Source: an uncultured Actinomycetes bacterium (GTDB lineage Bacteria; Actinomycetota; UBA4738; HRBIN12). From it: DNA of 64,000 nt. A program made the position numbers and the translations under genes. Below, piece after piece: positions 16,921 to 26,427 of the stretch (positions are counted from its first letter, which is position 1; each line of letters starts with the position of its first letter). Below the pieces are notes generated by a model. The model ran no database searches and was not told the origin of the DNA. It was given only the letters and a program-made list of their open reading frames with translations. The stretch spans positions 2,272,001-2,336,000 of the forward strand of contig OY969934.1 of NCBI GenBank assembly GCA_963704725.1, given 5' to 3'.

Positions 16921-18654
16921 CTACGGCGCGCCGGCGAGGAGGTCCACCACGGCCCCGGGGACGTCCCGAAGGGACACCGACGATCGCTCGCCGGTCGCCC
17001 GCATCTTGAGGTCGGCCGTGCCGGCCTCGACCCCTCGCCGGCCCACGACCACCTGGACGGGATGGCCCACCAGGTCGGCGTCGGCGAACTTCACGCCCGC
17101 CCGCTCCTCCCGGTCGTCGAGGAGGGCCTCGACACCACGCTCGAGCAGGGACGCGTAGATCCCCTCGGCCTCGTTCACGACGCGCTCGTCGTCGCGGTTG
17201 GCCACGATCACCACGGCCTCGAAGGGCGCGAGCACCGCCGGGAACCTCAGTCCCGCCTCGTCGTGGTACTGCTCCGCGACCGAGGCGAGGATGCGCGAGA
17301 TTCCGATGCCGTGGCTGCCCATCTGGTACGGACGCACCGACCCGTCCTCGTCGACGAACGTCGCCTCGAGCGGTCCGGAGTACTTGGTCCCCAGCTGGTA
17401 GATGTGCCCCACGACGATCGATCGGTCCACGTGGAGCTCGCCGCCGTCGACCGGGCAGCGATCGCCGTCGCGGATCTGCACGACTTCGCCGTACTCCGTC
17501 ACGTCGAAGTCCCGGCCGGCGTTGGCTCCCCGCAGGTGGAGGTCGGGCGCGTTGGCGCCGACCACCCAGTTCCGGCTGCCGCGTACCGAGACGTCGGCCA
17601 GGACCGTCCCGGCGTGCCCGGGACCGAACGCCTGCGGGCCGACGAAGCCTTTGACCAGCCCCGCCCGCTCGAAGTCGGCGTCCTCGAACGGCCGCACCTT
17701 GGCCGGGAAGTAACGCTGCTCGAGCTTCTCGACGTTCACCTCGCGGTCGCCCGGAACGCAGACCGCGAGCGTCTCCGCGTCCTTCGTCGACTCCGCGTCG
17801 ACCGAGAACATCATGCATTTGAGGACGCGGCTCTGCGCGACGCCGAGGACGCTCGCGACGCTCTCGATCGTGGCGGCCCCGGGGGTCGGCACGGGCTCCG
17901 GCGGCTCGAGGGGGGACGCTTCGTCGATCTCGGGCGGCCGGGGCGTCGCCGCCTTCCAGTCCGCCAGGTAGTCCCCGTTCTCGCACTCGACGAACAGATC
18001 CTCCCCGACGTCGGCGCGGGCCATGAACTCGTGGTTGACCCCACCGCCGATCTGTCCCGGCTCGGCCTCGACCACCACGTACGAGAGCCGGCACCGATCG
18101 AAGATGCGGCGGTACGCCTGGAGCATCGCGTCGTACGAGCGAGCCATCCCCTCCTCGTCCCGATCGAAGGTGTACGCGTCCTTCATCAGGAACTCGCGGC
18201 CGCGGAGCAGTCCGAAGCGGGGGCGGAACTCGTCGCGGTACTTCCACTCGATCTGATACAGGTTCACCGGCAGGTCCCGGTAGGAGGGCAGCTCGGCCTG
18301 GACCAGGAGCGTCGCGACCTCCTCCTGGGTGGGGCCGAGGAGCAGCTCCCGGTCGTGCCGGTCCCGGAGCCGGAACAGCGTGTCGCCGTAGAGGTCCCAC
18401 CGCCCCGTGGCCTTCCACGGATCGGCGGGCAGCACGATCGGCATGCGCAGCTCCTGCGCCCCGGAGCGATCCATCTCCTCGCGCACGATCCGTTCGATCT
18501 TCCGGATGCAGCGCAGGCCGAGCGGGAGCGTCGTGTACACCCCGGCCGCCACCTGACGGATGAAGCCGGCGCGCAGCAGCAGCCGGTGCGACGGGACCTC
18601 CGCCTCCGCGGGATCCTCGCGAAGCGTGGGCGCGAACAGATGGGAGAGCCTCAT
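16921..18654 (-). CDS. proS: Proline--tRNA ligase (bacterial type with editing insertion)
   Basis: LGPTQEE, KYRDEFRPRFGLLRGREFLMKDAY, GHIYQLGTKYS, GIGISR, DDREERAGVKFADADL. Confidence 0.98.
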   Translation of the reverse strand: MRLSHLFAPTLREDPAEAEVPSHRLLLRAGFIRQVAAGVYTTLPLGLRCIRKIERIVREEMDRSGAQELRMPIVLPADPWKATGRWDLYGDTLFRLRDRHDRELLLGPTQEEVATLLVQAELPSYRDLPVNLYQIEWKYRDEFRPRFGLLRGREFLMKDAYTFDRDEEGMARSYDAMLQAYRRIFDRCRLSYVVVEAEPGQIGGGVNHEFMARADVGEDLFVECENGDYLADWKAATPRPPEIDEASPLEPPEPVPTPGAATIESVASVLGVAQSRVLKCMMFSVDAESTKDAETLAVCVPGDREVNVEKLEQRYFPAKVRPFEDADFERAGLVKGFVGPQAFGPGHAGTVLADVSVRGSRNWVVGANAPDLHLRGANAGRDFDVTEYGEVVQIRDGDRCPVDGGELHVDRSIVVGHIYQLGTKYSGPLEATFVDEDGSVRPYQMGSHGIGISRILASVAEQYHDEAGLRFPAVLAPFEAVVIVANRDDERVVNEAEGIYASLLERGVEALLDDREERAGVKFADADLVGHPVQVVVGRRGVEAGTADLKMRATGERSSVSLRDVPGAVVDLLAGAP

Positions 18655-18694
18655 GGGGGCCCTCAGGATAGCGGCAGCACGGCGGGTACCCCGG

Positions 18695-20296
18695 TCACAC
18701 GTGCTGGACGAGGTTGACGAACTGCCGCCACGTGTTCGCGTCGACGGCGTACTGGTTGAAGGTGGCGATCACGGCTGGATTCGTCGGGTCCCGGTTGATC
18801 CCCGTGAAGTCGCCCCACCGCTGCGGAGGAGCCCCCGGGGTCGCGCTGTACGTCGCCAGGCCCGCCTTGAGCAGCACCTGGGTGGCCTCGGTCTTGCCCG
18901 GCGCGATCTCTGCCACCCACGCCGAGAGGAACTCGCCGGTGATGGCGCTGGCCCGGTTGTACGTGACGAACAGGTTCCCGGCGCCGTCCGTGGCCACCGA
19001 GGGCCAGCCGGTGTCGACCTCGGGGGCGCCGACGATCCCCTTGCGCGCGAGCGCCGATCTCGACAGCCTCGTGGCCGGCGTCACCTCGTACCAGCGGACG
19101 GCGGCCTCGGGGTTCGCCCCGGTCACCGCATCGGGCTTGAGATCCTTGAACACCGTGTGGGCGGTGAACAGCTGCCGCGCGTCCGCGTCGTAGAAGGCGT
19201 TGACCAGGCGGCCGTCGCCGGCGTCCCAGAACAGGTCCTGGTCGTTCAGGTCCGCGCCCCCCTGCGTGCCGAAGGAGGGAGGCCCCACCCGCCCGACCGG
19301 GAGGAGGCCCTTCTTCAGGACCAGGCCTCCGGCGGTGACCTTGATCCGCCACAGGACGAGGTACGACCCGCGGCCGATCACCCGAGCCGAGACGAGGAGC
19401 TGCGACGTCGCCGGCAGATCGACCGTCTGCGCCGGCTGCAGGGTGAAGGCCTGGACGCCGACGGGATCCCGCGTCTGGGTGCCGACGAACACGTCCGGCA
19501 CCGGGCGGGGGACGACCGTGCAGTCGTACAGCGATGCCTTGGGGATCGACATCACCTGCGCGTACCGGAACCGCGCGTCCTCGGTCGGGAACGTGAACTC
19601 GTTCGTCGCGATCGTGACCCGATCCTGGTCGTAGCCGAGCCCCGGGTAGTCGGCCCACAGCGCCGGGGCGTCGGCCACCTGGTCCCCCTCGAACTTCGTC
19701 GCACACCAGGTGGCGGGATCGGCCGCCGTGGCGTTCGGGATCGCCACCGCCACGATGTTCGACAGGGCCGGCGCGTCCTCCTGGACCAGGTACACGAGCA
19801 CGAAGGTCTCGTTGTACTGGTCGTAGACGACTTTGGGGTCGTAGGTGAAATGCCCCGCAGTATCGGGGTGGAGCGTGTCGAGCTGGATCGGCGCCAGGAC
19901 CTGTCCGCCCGTCCGGTCGTACACCGCGACCTGGGTGTTGACCGCCGTCACGAAGTAGGTGCCGCCCAGGGCGCCGATCGTGTCCGCCGGGATCGCGATC
20001 GGATCAGAGAGCGCATCGAACCCCAGGACCGATTGCGGGGTCCGCGGGCTCGCGGCGGGCGGCGCCGGCGCGACGTCCGCGTTCGCCGTGACAGGCCGGC
20101 TCCGCCCGAAGACGCCGAACGAGCTCGCCAGGCGTCGCGACGTGCCGGCGTCGTGGCCGTGGACGATCGGCGCGGCGGCGAGCCGGGATCCGGGTCGCGC
20201 GTCCGGCACTCGATCGGCGACCGCCGGCGATGCCGGGAGCGCAGCACCGGCCGCGAGCACCGACACGACCGACACGAGCCGAACGAACCTGCGCAT
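18695..20296 (-). CDS. Secreted hypothetical protein, probably beta-rich/propeller-like
   Basis: Signal peptide MRRFVRLVSVVSVLAAGAALPASPAVA; motifs PADT..A.G, DPKVVYD, DYPGLG, RWGDF; promoter GTGACG-N17-TAGGGT upstream. Confidence 0.8.
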   Translation of the reverse strand: MRRFVRLVSVVSVLAAGAALPASPAVADRVPDARPGSRLAAAPIVHGHDAGTSRRLASSFGVFGRSRPVTANADVAPAPPAASPRTPQSVLGFDALSDPIAIPADTIGALGGTYFVTAVNTQVAVYDRTGGQVLAPIQLDTLHPDTAGHFTYDPKVVYDQYNETFVLVYLVQEDAPALSNIVAVAIPNATAADPATWCATKFEGDQVADAPALWADYPGLGYDQDRVTIATNEFTFPTEDARFRYAQVMSIPKASLYDCTVVPRPVPDVFVGTQTRDPVGVQAFTLQPAQTVDLPATSQLLVSARVIGRGSYLVLWRIKVTAGGLVLKKGLLPVGRVGPPSFGTQGGADLNDQDLFWDAGDGRLVNAFYDADARQLFTAHTVFKDLKPDAVTGANPEAAVRWYEVTPATRLSRSALARKGIVGAPEVDTGWPSVATDGAGNLFVTYNRASAITGEFLSAWVAEIAPGKTEATQVLLKAGLATYSATPGAPPQRWGDFTGINRDPTNPAVIATFNQYAVDANTWRQFVNLVQHV

Positions 20297-20370
20297 CGCA
20301 GAACCCCCCCGCCTCGACTGCGCGGGACCCTATCCGACGGTGGTTTCCCCGTCACGTTCGCGCCGGTGCG

Positions 20371-20400
20371 TTGACGCGGGCCGGGACCGGGTGCGACCAT
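20371..20400 (+). promoter_or_regulatory. trp leader promoter
   Basis: -35 TTGACG (20371-20376), 18-nt spacer, -10 GACCAT (20395-20400), 9 nt before the leader ATG. Confidence 0.6.
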
Positions 20401-20409
20401 CGCCCCGGC

Positions 20410-20454
20410 ATGACCGAACGCGCGCACCGCTGGTCTTGGCGCCGGGGCGTTTGA
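20410..20454 (+). CDS. trpL: Trp attenuator leader peptide MTERAHRWSWRRGV
   Basis: 14-codon ORF with TGG-TCT-TGG directly upstream of trpE, embedded in alternative hairpins. Confidence 0.8.
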   Translation: MTERAHRWSWRRGV

Positions 20455-20503
20455 CGCCCGGCTCGAGCGCGTTCGGCTGACAACCGAGAGTCCCGCGACG
20501 AGT

Positions 20504-20533
20504 CCCCGGGCGAGTCCCGGGGTTCTGCGTCTT
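20504..20533 (+). terminator. trp attenuator terminator hairpin
   Basis: CCCCGGG-CGAGT-CCCGGGG followed by TTCTGCGTCTT (imperfect U-tract). Confidence 0.65.
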
Positions 20534-20565
20534 CCGGGACCGTCGCGGGCTGGAGGCCGAGACAC

Positions 20566-22038
20566 ATGAGGGTCCACCCCGAGCGAGCCGCGTTCGACGA
20601 GCTCGCCACCGCGAACCCCCTCGTGCCCGTGTGGACCGAGCTCCTGGCCGACGTCTCCACGCCGGTGGGGGTCTTCCCGGCGCTGGCCGGGTCCGGGCCG
20701 GGGATCCTGCTGGAGAGCGTGGAGCGCTCCGAGCGCTGGGGGCGGTACTCCTTCGTGGCCGGTGACCCGGCGGCCGTCGTCGTCGCCGACCCCGGTGGCG
20801 TCCGGGTCGAGAGCGTCGCCCGGGACCTGGGGTTCGACGGCCCGCGGACCGGAGACGCCCGCGCGGACCTCGTCGCGCTGGCCGGACGGCTCCGGGCCCC
20901 GCGCACGGACGGCCTGCCGTCGCTGACCGGCGGCCTGATGGGGTTCCTGTCCTACGAGGCCGCGGCGCTCCTGGACGGCCACCCCTTCCCGAGCGGCGAG
21001 GCGCCGTGCCCGCCGGTCGGCCTCCTCGTCGTCGACCGGGCCGTCGTGTTCGACCATTGGCGGCAGCGGCTCCTGCTCGTCGCCCACGTTCCGAAGGGAG
21101 GCTACGACGACGGGGTCCGCGCGCTCGAGGAGCTCTCGGCGCGCCTCGCGTCCTCGGACCCGCCGCGCCCAGAGCCGCCGGCGCCCGGCGAGATCCCCGA
21201 CGGCGCCGGCGAGCCCAACATGCCCGACGAGCGGTTCCGGGAGATCGTGCGGTCGATGCAGGAGCACGTGTTCGCCGGCGACATCTACCAGGGCGTGCCG
21301 TCGAGGCGGGTGAGCTTCCCCTCGGTGCGGGGCGGCTTCCCCGTGTACCGGCGCCTGCGCGTCACGAACCCCGCCCCGTACATGTTCTTCGTCCGCATGC
21401 TCGGGATCGAGCTCGCGGGGTCCTCCCCCGAGCCGCTCGTGCGCGTCGAGGGCCGCACCGTCACGACGCGCCCCATCGCCGGGACGAGGCCGCGCGGCGA
21501 GACCGAGCTGCGCGACCGGCTCTACGAGCACGAGCTCCTGGCCGACCCCAAGGAGCGGGCCGAGCACGCCATGCTGGTCGACCTGGCCCGCAACGACCTC
21601 GGCCGCGTGTGCACCGCGGGGACGGTGCGCCCCACCGAACTCATGGTGGTCGAGCGGTTCTCGAAGGTCATGCACATCGTGAGCACGGTGGAAGGCGAGC
21701 TCGCCGAGGGGTTCCATCCCCTGGATGCGCTCGCCGTGACCTTCCCGCACGGCACGGTCACCGGCGCGCCGAAGCGCCGCGCGATGGAGCTGATCGCCGA
21801 GCTCGAGCCGACGGCGCGCGGGCCCTACGCCGGCGCGGTCGGGTACTGCACGTTCGCCGGGGACCTGGACTTCTGCATCACGATCCGGACGGCTGTGGTG
21901 GCCGAGGGCCGGGTGCACGTGCAGACCGGAGCTGGCGTGGTGGCCGATTCGGATCCGGAGACCGAGCTCGCCGAGACCAAGTGGAAGGCCCGGGCGTTGG
22001 TTCCGGCGGTGCTCGAGGTGGAGGCGACCGAGCCATGA
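20566..22038 (+). CDS. trpE: Anthranilate synthase component I
   Basis: LLESV...GRYSF, NPAPYMF, GSSPE, RPIAGTRPRG, KERAEHAMLVDLARNDLGRV, GAPK; the upstream Trp leader favours TrpE over PabB. Confidence 0.88.
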   Translation: MRVHPERAAFDELATANPLVPVWTELLADVSTPVGVFPALAGSGPGILLESVERSERWGRYSFVAGDPAAVVVADPGGVRVESVARDLGFDGPRTGDARADLVALAGRLRAPRTDGLPSLTGGLMGFLSYEAAALLDGHPFPSGEAPCPPVGLLVVDRAVVFDHWRQRLLLVAHVPKGGYDDGVRALEELSARLASSDPPRPEPPAPGEIPDGAGEPNMPDERFREIVRSMQEHVFAGDIYQGVPSRRVSFPSVRGGFPVYRRLRVTNPAPYMFFVRMLGIELAGSSPEPLVRVEGRTVTTRPIAGTRPRGETELRDRLYEHELLADPKERAEHAMLVDLARNDLGRVCTAGTVRPTELMVVERFSKVMHIVSTVEGELAEGFHPLDALAVTFPHGTVTGAPKRRAMELIAELEPTARGPYAGAVGYCTFAGDLDFCITIRTAVVAEGRVHVQTGAGVVADSDPETELAETKWKARALVPAVLEVEATEP

Positions 22039-22604
22039 TCCTCGTCGTGGATCACTACGACAGCTTCACCTACAACCTCGTGCAGCTCATCGAGAGCCTC
22101 GGGGAGCGCACGGAGGTCGTGAAGAGCGACGCCGAGCCGGCCGAGGACCTCGCGGCGCGGCGCCCTGCGGCGGTGGTCCTTTCTCCCGGCCCCGGCCGGC
22201 CCGAGGACGCCGGCTGCTTCCCCCGCCTGCTCGAGATCCTGCCCCCCCGGACGCCCCTGCTCGGCGTGTGCCTGGGGCATCAGGCGCTCGGGGTCGCCGC
22301 GGGAGGCGCCGTCGCGCGGACCACGCCGGTGCACGGCAAGGCCTCCCTGGTGCACCACGAGGGACGGGGGATCCTGGCCGGGGTGACGAACCCGTTCGAG
22401 GCCGGCCGCTACCACTCGCTCGTCGTGGTCCGCGACGGCCTGCCGGCCGAGCTCGAGCTGACCGCGTGGAGCGAGGACGATCTGGTCATGGCGACACAGC
22501 ACCGCGAGCTCCCGCGCTTCGGCGTGCAGTTCCATCCCGAGTCGATCCTCACGCCCGAGGGCCCGAAGATCGTCCGGAACTTCCTCGCGCTGGCGCGCGC
22601 GTAG
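22035..22604 (+). CDS. trpG: Anthranilate synthase component II (class I glutamine amidotransferase)
   Basis: ATG 22035 overlaps the trpE stop; DHYDSFTYNL, SPGPG, GVCLGHQ, RYHSL, GVQFHPES. Confidence 0.9.
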   Translation: MILVVDHYDSFTYNLVQLIESLGERTEVVKSDAEPAEDLAARRPAAVVLSPGPGRPEDAGCFPRLLEILPPRTPLLGVCLGHQALGVAAGGAVARTTPVHGKASLVHHEGRGILAGVTNPFEAGRYHSLVVVRDGLPAELELTAWSEDDLVMATQHRELPRFGVQFHPESILTPEGPKIVRNFLALARA

Positions 22605-22622
22605 CGTTCGCGACCCGACGCG

Positions 22623-23705
22623 TTAGCCGGGCGCGGTCTCGGCGGCGATCCGGCGGGCCTCCTCCATGAGGCGCTCGACGAACCGATCCTCGGGGATCTT
22701 GTCGACGACCTCGCCCTTGACGACGAGGAAGCCCTGGCCCTTGCCGGCCGCGATCCCCAGGTCGGCCTCCCGCGCCTCACCCGGACCATTGACCACGCAG
22801 CCCATCACGGCGACCCGGATGGGGACCTTCAGCCCCTCGCGCTCGAGCGCCTCGTGCACCCGCTTGGTGAGGCCGAGCACGTCGACCTCGGCCCGGCCGC
22901 AGCTCGGGCAGGCCACGAGGTCGAGGCCGCGCTTGCGAAGCCCGAGCCCCTGCAGGATCCACGTCCCCACCTTGACCTCCTCCACGGGGTCGTCGGTGAG
23001 GCTGACGCGGATCGTGTCGCCGATCCCCTCGGCCAGCAGCGCCCCGATGCCCACGGCGCTCTTTACCCCGCCCATCGGCATCGGCCCCGCCTCCGTCACG
23101 CCGAGGTGCAGGGGGTAGTCGCACTTCTCCGCGAGCTGCCGGTACGCCTCGATCATCACCCTCGGGTTCGAGTGCTTCACCGAGATCTTGATGTCGAAGA
23201 AGTCCTCGTCCTCCAAGATCCGCGCCTCGTTCAGGGCGCTCTCCACGAGCGCCTCGGGCGTGGGCGCTCCGTACCGCTCGAGCAGCTCCTTCTCCAGCGA
23301 GCCGGCGTTCACGCCGATCCGGATCGGCACGCCGCGAGCCTTCGCCTCCTTCGAGATCAGGCGGACCTTGTCGTGGTACTTGATGTTGCCGGGGTTGATG
23401 CGGAGACCCTGGATCCCCGCCTCGAGAGCCGCCATCGCGTACTTCCACTGGAAGTGGATGTCGGCGACGACCGGCACCGTGGACTTGGCGGCGATCGTGG
23501 CCAGCGCCTCGGCGTCGTCCCAGTGAGGGACGGCGACGCGGACGATGTCGACCCCGGCCGCCACGAGCGAGGCGATCTGCTGCAGGGTCGCGTTGACGTC
23601 GGCGGTCTTCGTCGTCGTCATCGACTGGACGCGCACGGGCGCGTCGCCGCCGATGGTGACACCGCCGAGCGTGATCTGCCGGGTCTTCCTCCGCGTCGCG
23701 AGCAT
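22623..23705 (-). CDS. ispG: 4-hydroxy-3-methylbut-2-en-1-yl diphosphate synthase
   Basis: Start refined to ATG 23705; [59 protein letters not shown]. Confidence 0.98.
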   Translation of the reverse strand: MLATRRKTRQITLGGVTIGGDAPVRVQSMTTTKTADVNATLQQIASLVAAGVDIVRVAVPHWDDAEALATIAAKSTVPVVADIHFQWKYAMAALEAGIQGLRINPGNIKYHDKVRLISKEAKARGVPIRIGVNAGSLEKELLERYGAPTPEALVESALNEARILEDEDFFDIKISVKHSNPRVMIEAYRQLAEKCDYPLHLGVTEAGPMPMGGVKSAVGIGALLAEGIGDTIRVSLTDDPVEEVKVGTWILQGLGLRKRGLDLVACPSCGRAEVDVLGLTKRVHEALEREGLKVPIRVAVMGCVVNGPGEAREADLGIAAGKGQGFLVVKGEVVDKIPEDRFVERLMEEARRIAAETAPG

Positions 23706-23779
23706 CGATGCCTTCCTCGGGGCCTGCGTTCGCCTCGGGCTCACTGCTCGAGGCCCCGGACCCCGCCAGTCTCCCAGGC

Positions 23780-24229
23780 CTATGCGCCGAACACGTGGAA
23801 CACGACCTGGCGCCCCTTCGGCTCGTCCATCTCGAACAGGATGAGCCGCTGCCACCGGCCGAGCATCGGCTCGCCGGCAGCCACCGGGATCGCGTGCGAG
23901 GACGCCGACAAGAGCATCGCCTTCACGTGGGAGGGGCCGTTGCGCCGCTCGTGCGACTCGTCGAGGTTCTGCGTGCGGCGCGCCAGGTCGTCGTGGGCGT
24001 AGTACACGTCGTCGGGCACGAGCTTGAGCATGCGGTTGCGGAAGTCCTCGAGCGCGCCCGACTCCCATTCATTGATCAGCAACGCGCAGGTCGTGTGGGC
24101 GCAGAAGGCCACTGCAGCGCCGTCGGTCACGCCGGAGTCCTTGATCGCGCGCTCCAGCTCCTCGGTGAGGTCGAGGTAGGCGTACCGGCTGGGTGCGGCG
24201 ACCTCGACGGTGGTCGTGGCGGACTTCAT
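23780..24229 (-). CDS. yjbQ: YjbQ/UPF0047 family protein
   Basis: Start refined to ATG 24229 (SD GAGGAGGAG); [28 protein letters not shown]. Confidence 0.9.
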   Translation of the reverse strand: MKSATTTVEVAAPSRYAYLDLTEELERAIKDSGVTDGAAVAFCAHTTCALLINEWESGALEDFRNRMLKLVPDDVYYAHDDLARRTQNLDESHERRNGPSHVKAMLLSASSHAIPVAAGEPMLGRWQRLILFEMDEPKGRQVVFHVFGA

Positions 24230-24248
24230 CGACTCCTCCTCGTCCTTC

Positions 24249-24293
24249 GGCTGATCCCTTGGCGGCCGATCGCTTGGCGGCTCATCCCTTGGC
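24249..24293. repeat. Three 15-bp tandem repeats followed by degenerate shorter copies
   Basis: ggctgatcccttggc / ggccgatcgcttggc / ggctcatcccttggc. Confidence 0.7.
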
Positions 24294-25652
24294 ACGTCCC
24301 CTGGCTCGTCCCTGGTTCGGCCGCTCGTCCACCGGTCTGCGGACGGGGAGCTCGAACGTGAACGTACTGCCCTTGCCCGGCTCGCTCTCGGCCCAGATGC
24401 GGCCGCCGTGCGCCTCGACGACCGAGCGCGCGATGGCGAGCCCGATCCCCGTTCCGCCCTCGTCCCGCGAACGCGACGTGTCGACCCGGTAGAAGCGTTC
24501 GAACACCCTCGGCAGGTGCTCCGGAGCGATGCCCGGTCCGGTGTCCCGGACGGCGACGTCGACCGATCCGTTGTGTCCGGAGGCGGAGACGCTGATCCGC
24601 CCGCCGGCCGGCGTGAACCGCACCGCGTTGTCGAGCAGGTTGAAGAGCACCTGGTGGACCCGCTCGGCGTCGGCGAAGACCGGCGGCAGGTCCTCCGGAA
24701 CCTCCTGCGCAAGCTCCACGTCATGGCGCTGACGGGTCACGTCGATCTCCGAGAGCACCCGGGCCACGAGCGGCCGCAGCCGTACGGGCTCCCGATGCAG
24801 CGGGATCTCGCCCGACTCGAGGCGCGAGAGCTCGAGCAGCTGGTCGACCAGCCTCCCCAGGCGCTCGGACTGCGCCAGCATGACCTGCAGGGTCCTGGGC
24901 TCCGGACGCTCCACGCCGTCGAGGAGGTTCTCCAGGTGCGCCCGCAGGGCCGAGATCGGCGTCTTCAGCTCGTGGGACACGTTCGCCATCAGATCGCGCC
25001 GGACCTGCTCGAGGCTCTCCAGCTCCGAGCTCATCCGGTTGAACGCCACCGCGAGCTGGCCGACCTCGTCGCGCGACGCCGTCACGACCCGCTGACGGTA
25101 GTCGCCGCGCTCCATCTGCCGGGCGGCTCTCGCCATGTCGCGGAGCGGCTGCGTCATGCCCCGCGCCAGCCACCGGGCCACGATCAACGCGAGACCGGCG
25201 GCGACGACCCCGGCACCGAGCAGCTGCCACCAGAACCGGAACAGGAACCGCGTCGAGGCGACCACGAACCGCGGCTCCTCGCGAACGGCGTACAGCATCC
25301 CGCCGTCGCCGACGCGCAGCGGGACGGCCGCGTACTCCACGCCGTTGGCCACCCCCACGTGGACGCCCCCCGCGAACCGGGTCGGCTCCCCCAGCCGGGG
25401 CCCCACCCATACGAAGGCGTCGTCCTGCAGCCGGGCCAGCGAGGTGCCCTCGGGCGCGGCGCTGTCGAGCGTCGCGCTGCGAGCCTGGGCCAGCCGGAGC
25501 AGATCGACGAGGTCCGCGTCGCGGAAGGAGTTGCGCAGCGCCAACGCGAGGAGGAAGTAGACGAGGACCACCGTCAGGCCGACGGCGAACACGATGACCG
25601 ACCCGAGCTTGGCCCGGATCGTGGGCAGCTTCTCCAGGGGCCGCATGCTCAT
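24282..25652 (-). CDS. Two-component sensor histidine kinase (2 TM-HAMP-HisKA-HATPase)
   Basis: HAMP PLRDM...DEVGQLAVAFNRM; H-box ANVSHELKTP; NLLDNA, DTGPGI, FERFYR, GTGIGL. Confidence 0.95.
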   Translation of the reverse strand: MSMRPLEKLPTIRAKLGSVIVFAVGLTVVLVYFLLALALRNSFRDADLVDLLRLAQARSATLDSAAPEGTSLARLQDDAFVWVGPRLGEPTRFAGGVHVGVANGVEYAAVPLRVGDGGMLYAVREEPRFVVASTRFLFRFWWQLLGAGVVAAGLALIVARWLARGMTQPLRDMARAARQMERGDYRQRVVTASRDEVGQLAVAFNRMSSELESLEQVRRDLMANVSHELKTPISALRAHLENLLDGVERPEPRTLQVMLAQSERLGRLVDQLLELSRLESGEIPLHREPVRLRPLVARVLSEIDVTRQRHDVELAQEVPEDLPPVFADAERVHQVLFNLLDNAVRFTPAGGRISVSASGHNGSVDVAVRDTGPGIAPEHLPRVFERFYRVDTSRSRDEGGTGIGLAIARSVVEAHGGRIWAESEPGKGSTFTFELPVRRPVDERPNQGRARGRAKG

Positions 25653-26344
25653 GCGTCTTCGCGGAACGCGTACCCGACGCCGTGGACGGTGCGGATGAAG
25701 CGCGGGTCGTTGCCGTCCTCGCCGAGCTTGCGCCTGATCCTCGCCACGTGCGAGTCGACCACGCGACCGCCCGCGTAGTCACGGTACCCCCAGACCCGGT
25801 CCATCAGCTGCTCGCGCGTGAAGACGACGCCGGGCTCCCGCGCCAGCGTGAGCAGGATCTCGAACTCCAGCGGCGTGAGCTGGACCTCGGCTCCGTCGAC
25901 CTCCACCCGCCGGCGGGACGGATCGACGGCGATGCCGCCGCGCGAGATCGGCTCGGTCGTGGGCGGCTGGGCGATCCGCTCGACGCGCCGCAGGATGGCG
26001 CGAACGCGCACCGTGAGCTCGCGCAGGCTGAACGGTTTCGTGAGGTAGTCGTCCGCCCCCACGGCGAAGCCGGCGACCTTGTCCGCCTCCTCCGTCCGGG
26101 CGGTGAGCATGAGCACGGGCATCCATCGATCGCGCTGCAGCCGGCGACACACCTCGAGGCCGTCCATCCCCGGCAGCATGAGGTCCAGCACCACGAGGTC
26201 GGGATGCTCACGGTCCGCGGTCTCGAGCGCCTGCGGCCCGTCGCCCGCCACGAGGACCCGGAACCCCTCGTTCTCCAGGCGGGCCCGAACCGCTTCGGCG
26301 ATGGCCTCCTCGTCGTCGACGACGAGGACGGTCTGAGGGATCAC
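25649..26344 (-). CDS. OmpR/PhoB-family response regulator
   Basis: Start refined to GTG 26344 (-10 TACGAT 6 nt upstream); VVDDE, LDLMLP, DDYLTKPF, LTPLEF, RVVDSHV, TVHGVGY. Confidence 0.95.
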   Translation of the reverse strand: MIPQTVLVVDDEEAIAEAVRARLENEGFRVLVAGDGPQALETADREHPDLVVLDLMLPGMDGLEVCRRLQRDRWMPVLMLTARTEEADKVAGFAVGADDYLTKPFSLRELTVRVRAILRRVERIAQPPTTEPISRGGIAVDPSRRRVEVDGAEVQLTPLEFEILLTLAREPGVVFTREQLMDRVWGYRDYAGGRVVDSHVARIRRKLGEDGNDPRFIRTVHGVGYAFREDA

Positions 26345-26427
26345 GCCTGCATCGTAGCCGCAGGTCGTTGCGCTCCCTCGGGGGCCATGTTGAGAAATCG
26401 TTGCGGCGCTTCGGCTTCGTGCCCGGC

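Noticed and set aside
20566-22604. Alternative call as pabB/pabA or a secondary-metabolite chorismate enzyme
   Set aside because: The upstream Trp-codon attenuator and LLES/NPAPYM motifs favour anthranilate synthase, and no biosynthetic cluster is nearby.
24249-24315. Short repeats considered as a possible CRISPR array
   Set aside because: Repeats are 15 bp, contiguous, have no unique spacers, and no cas genes are present.
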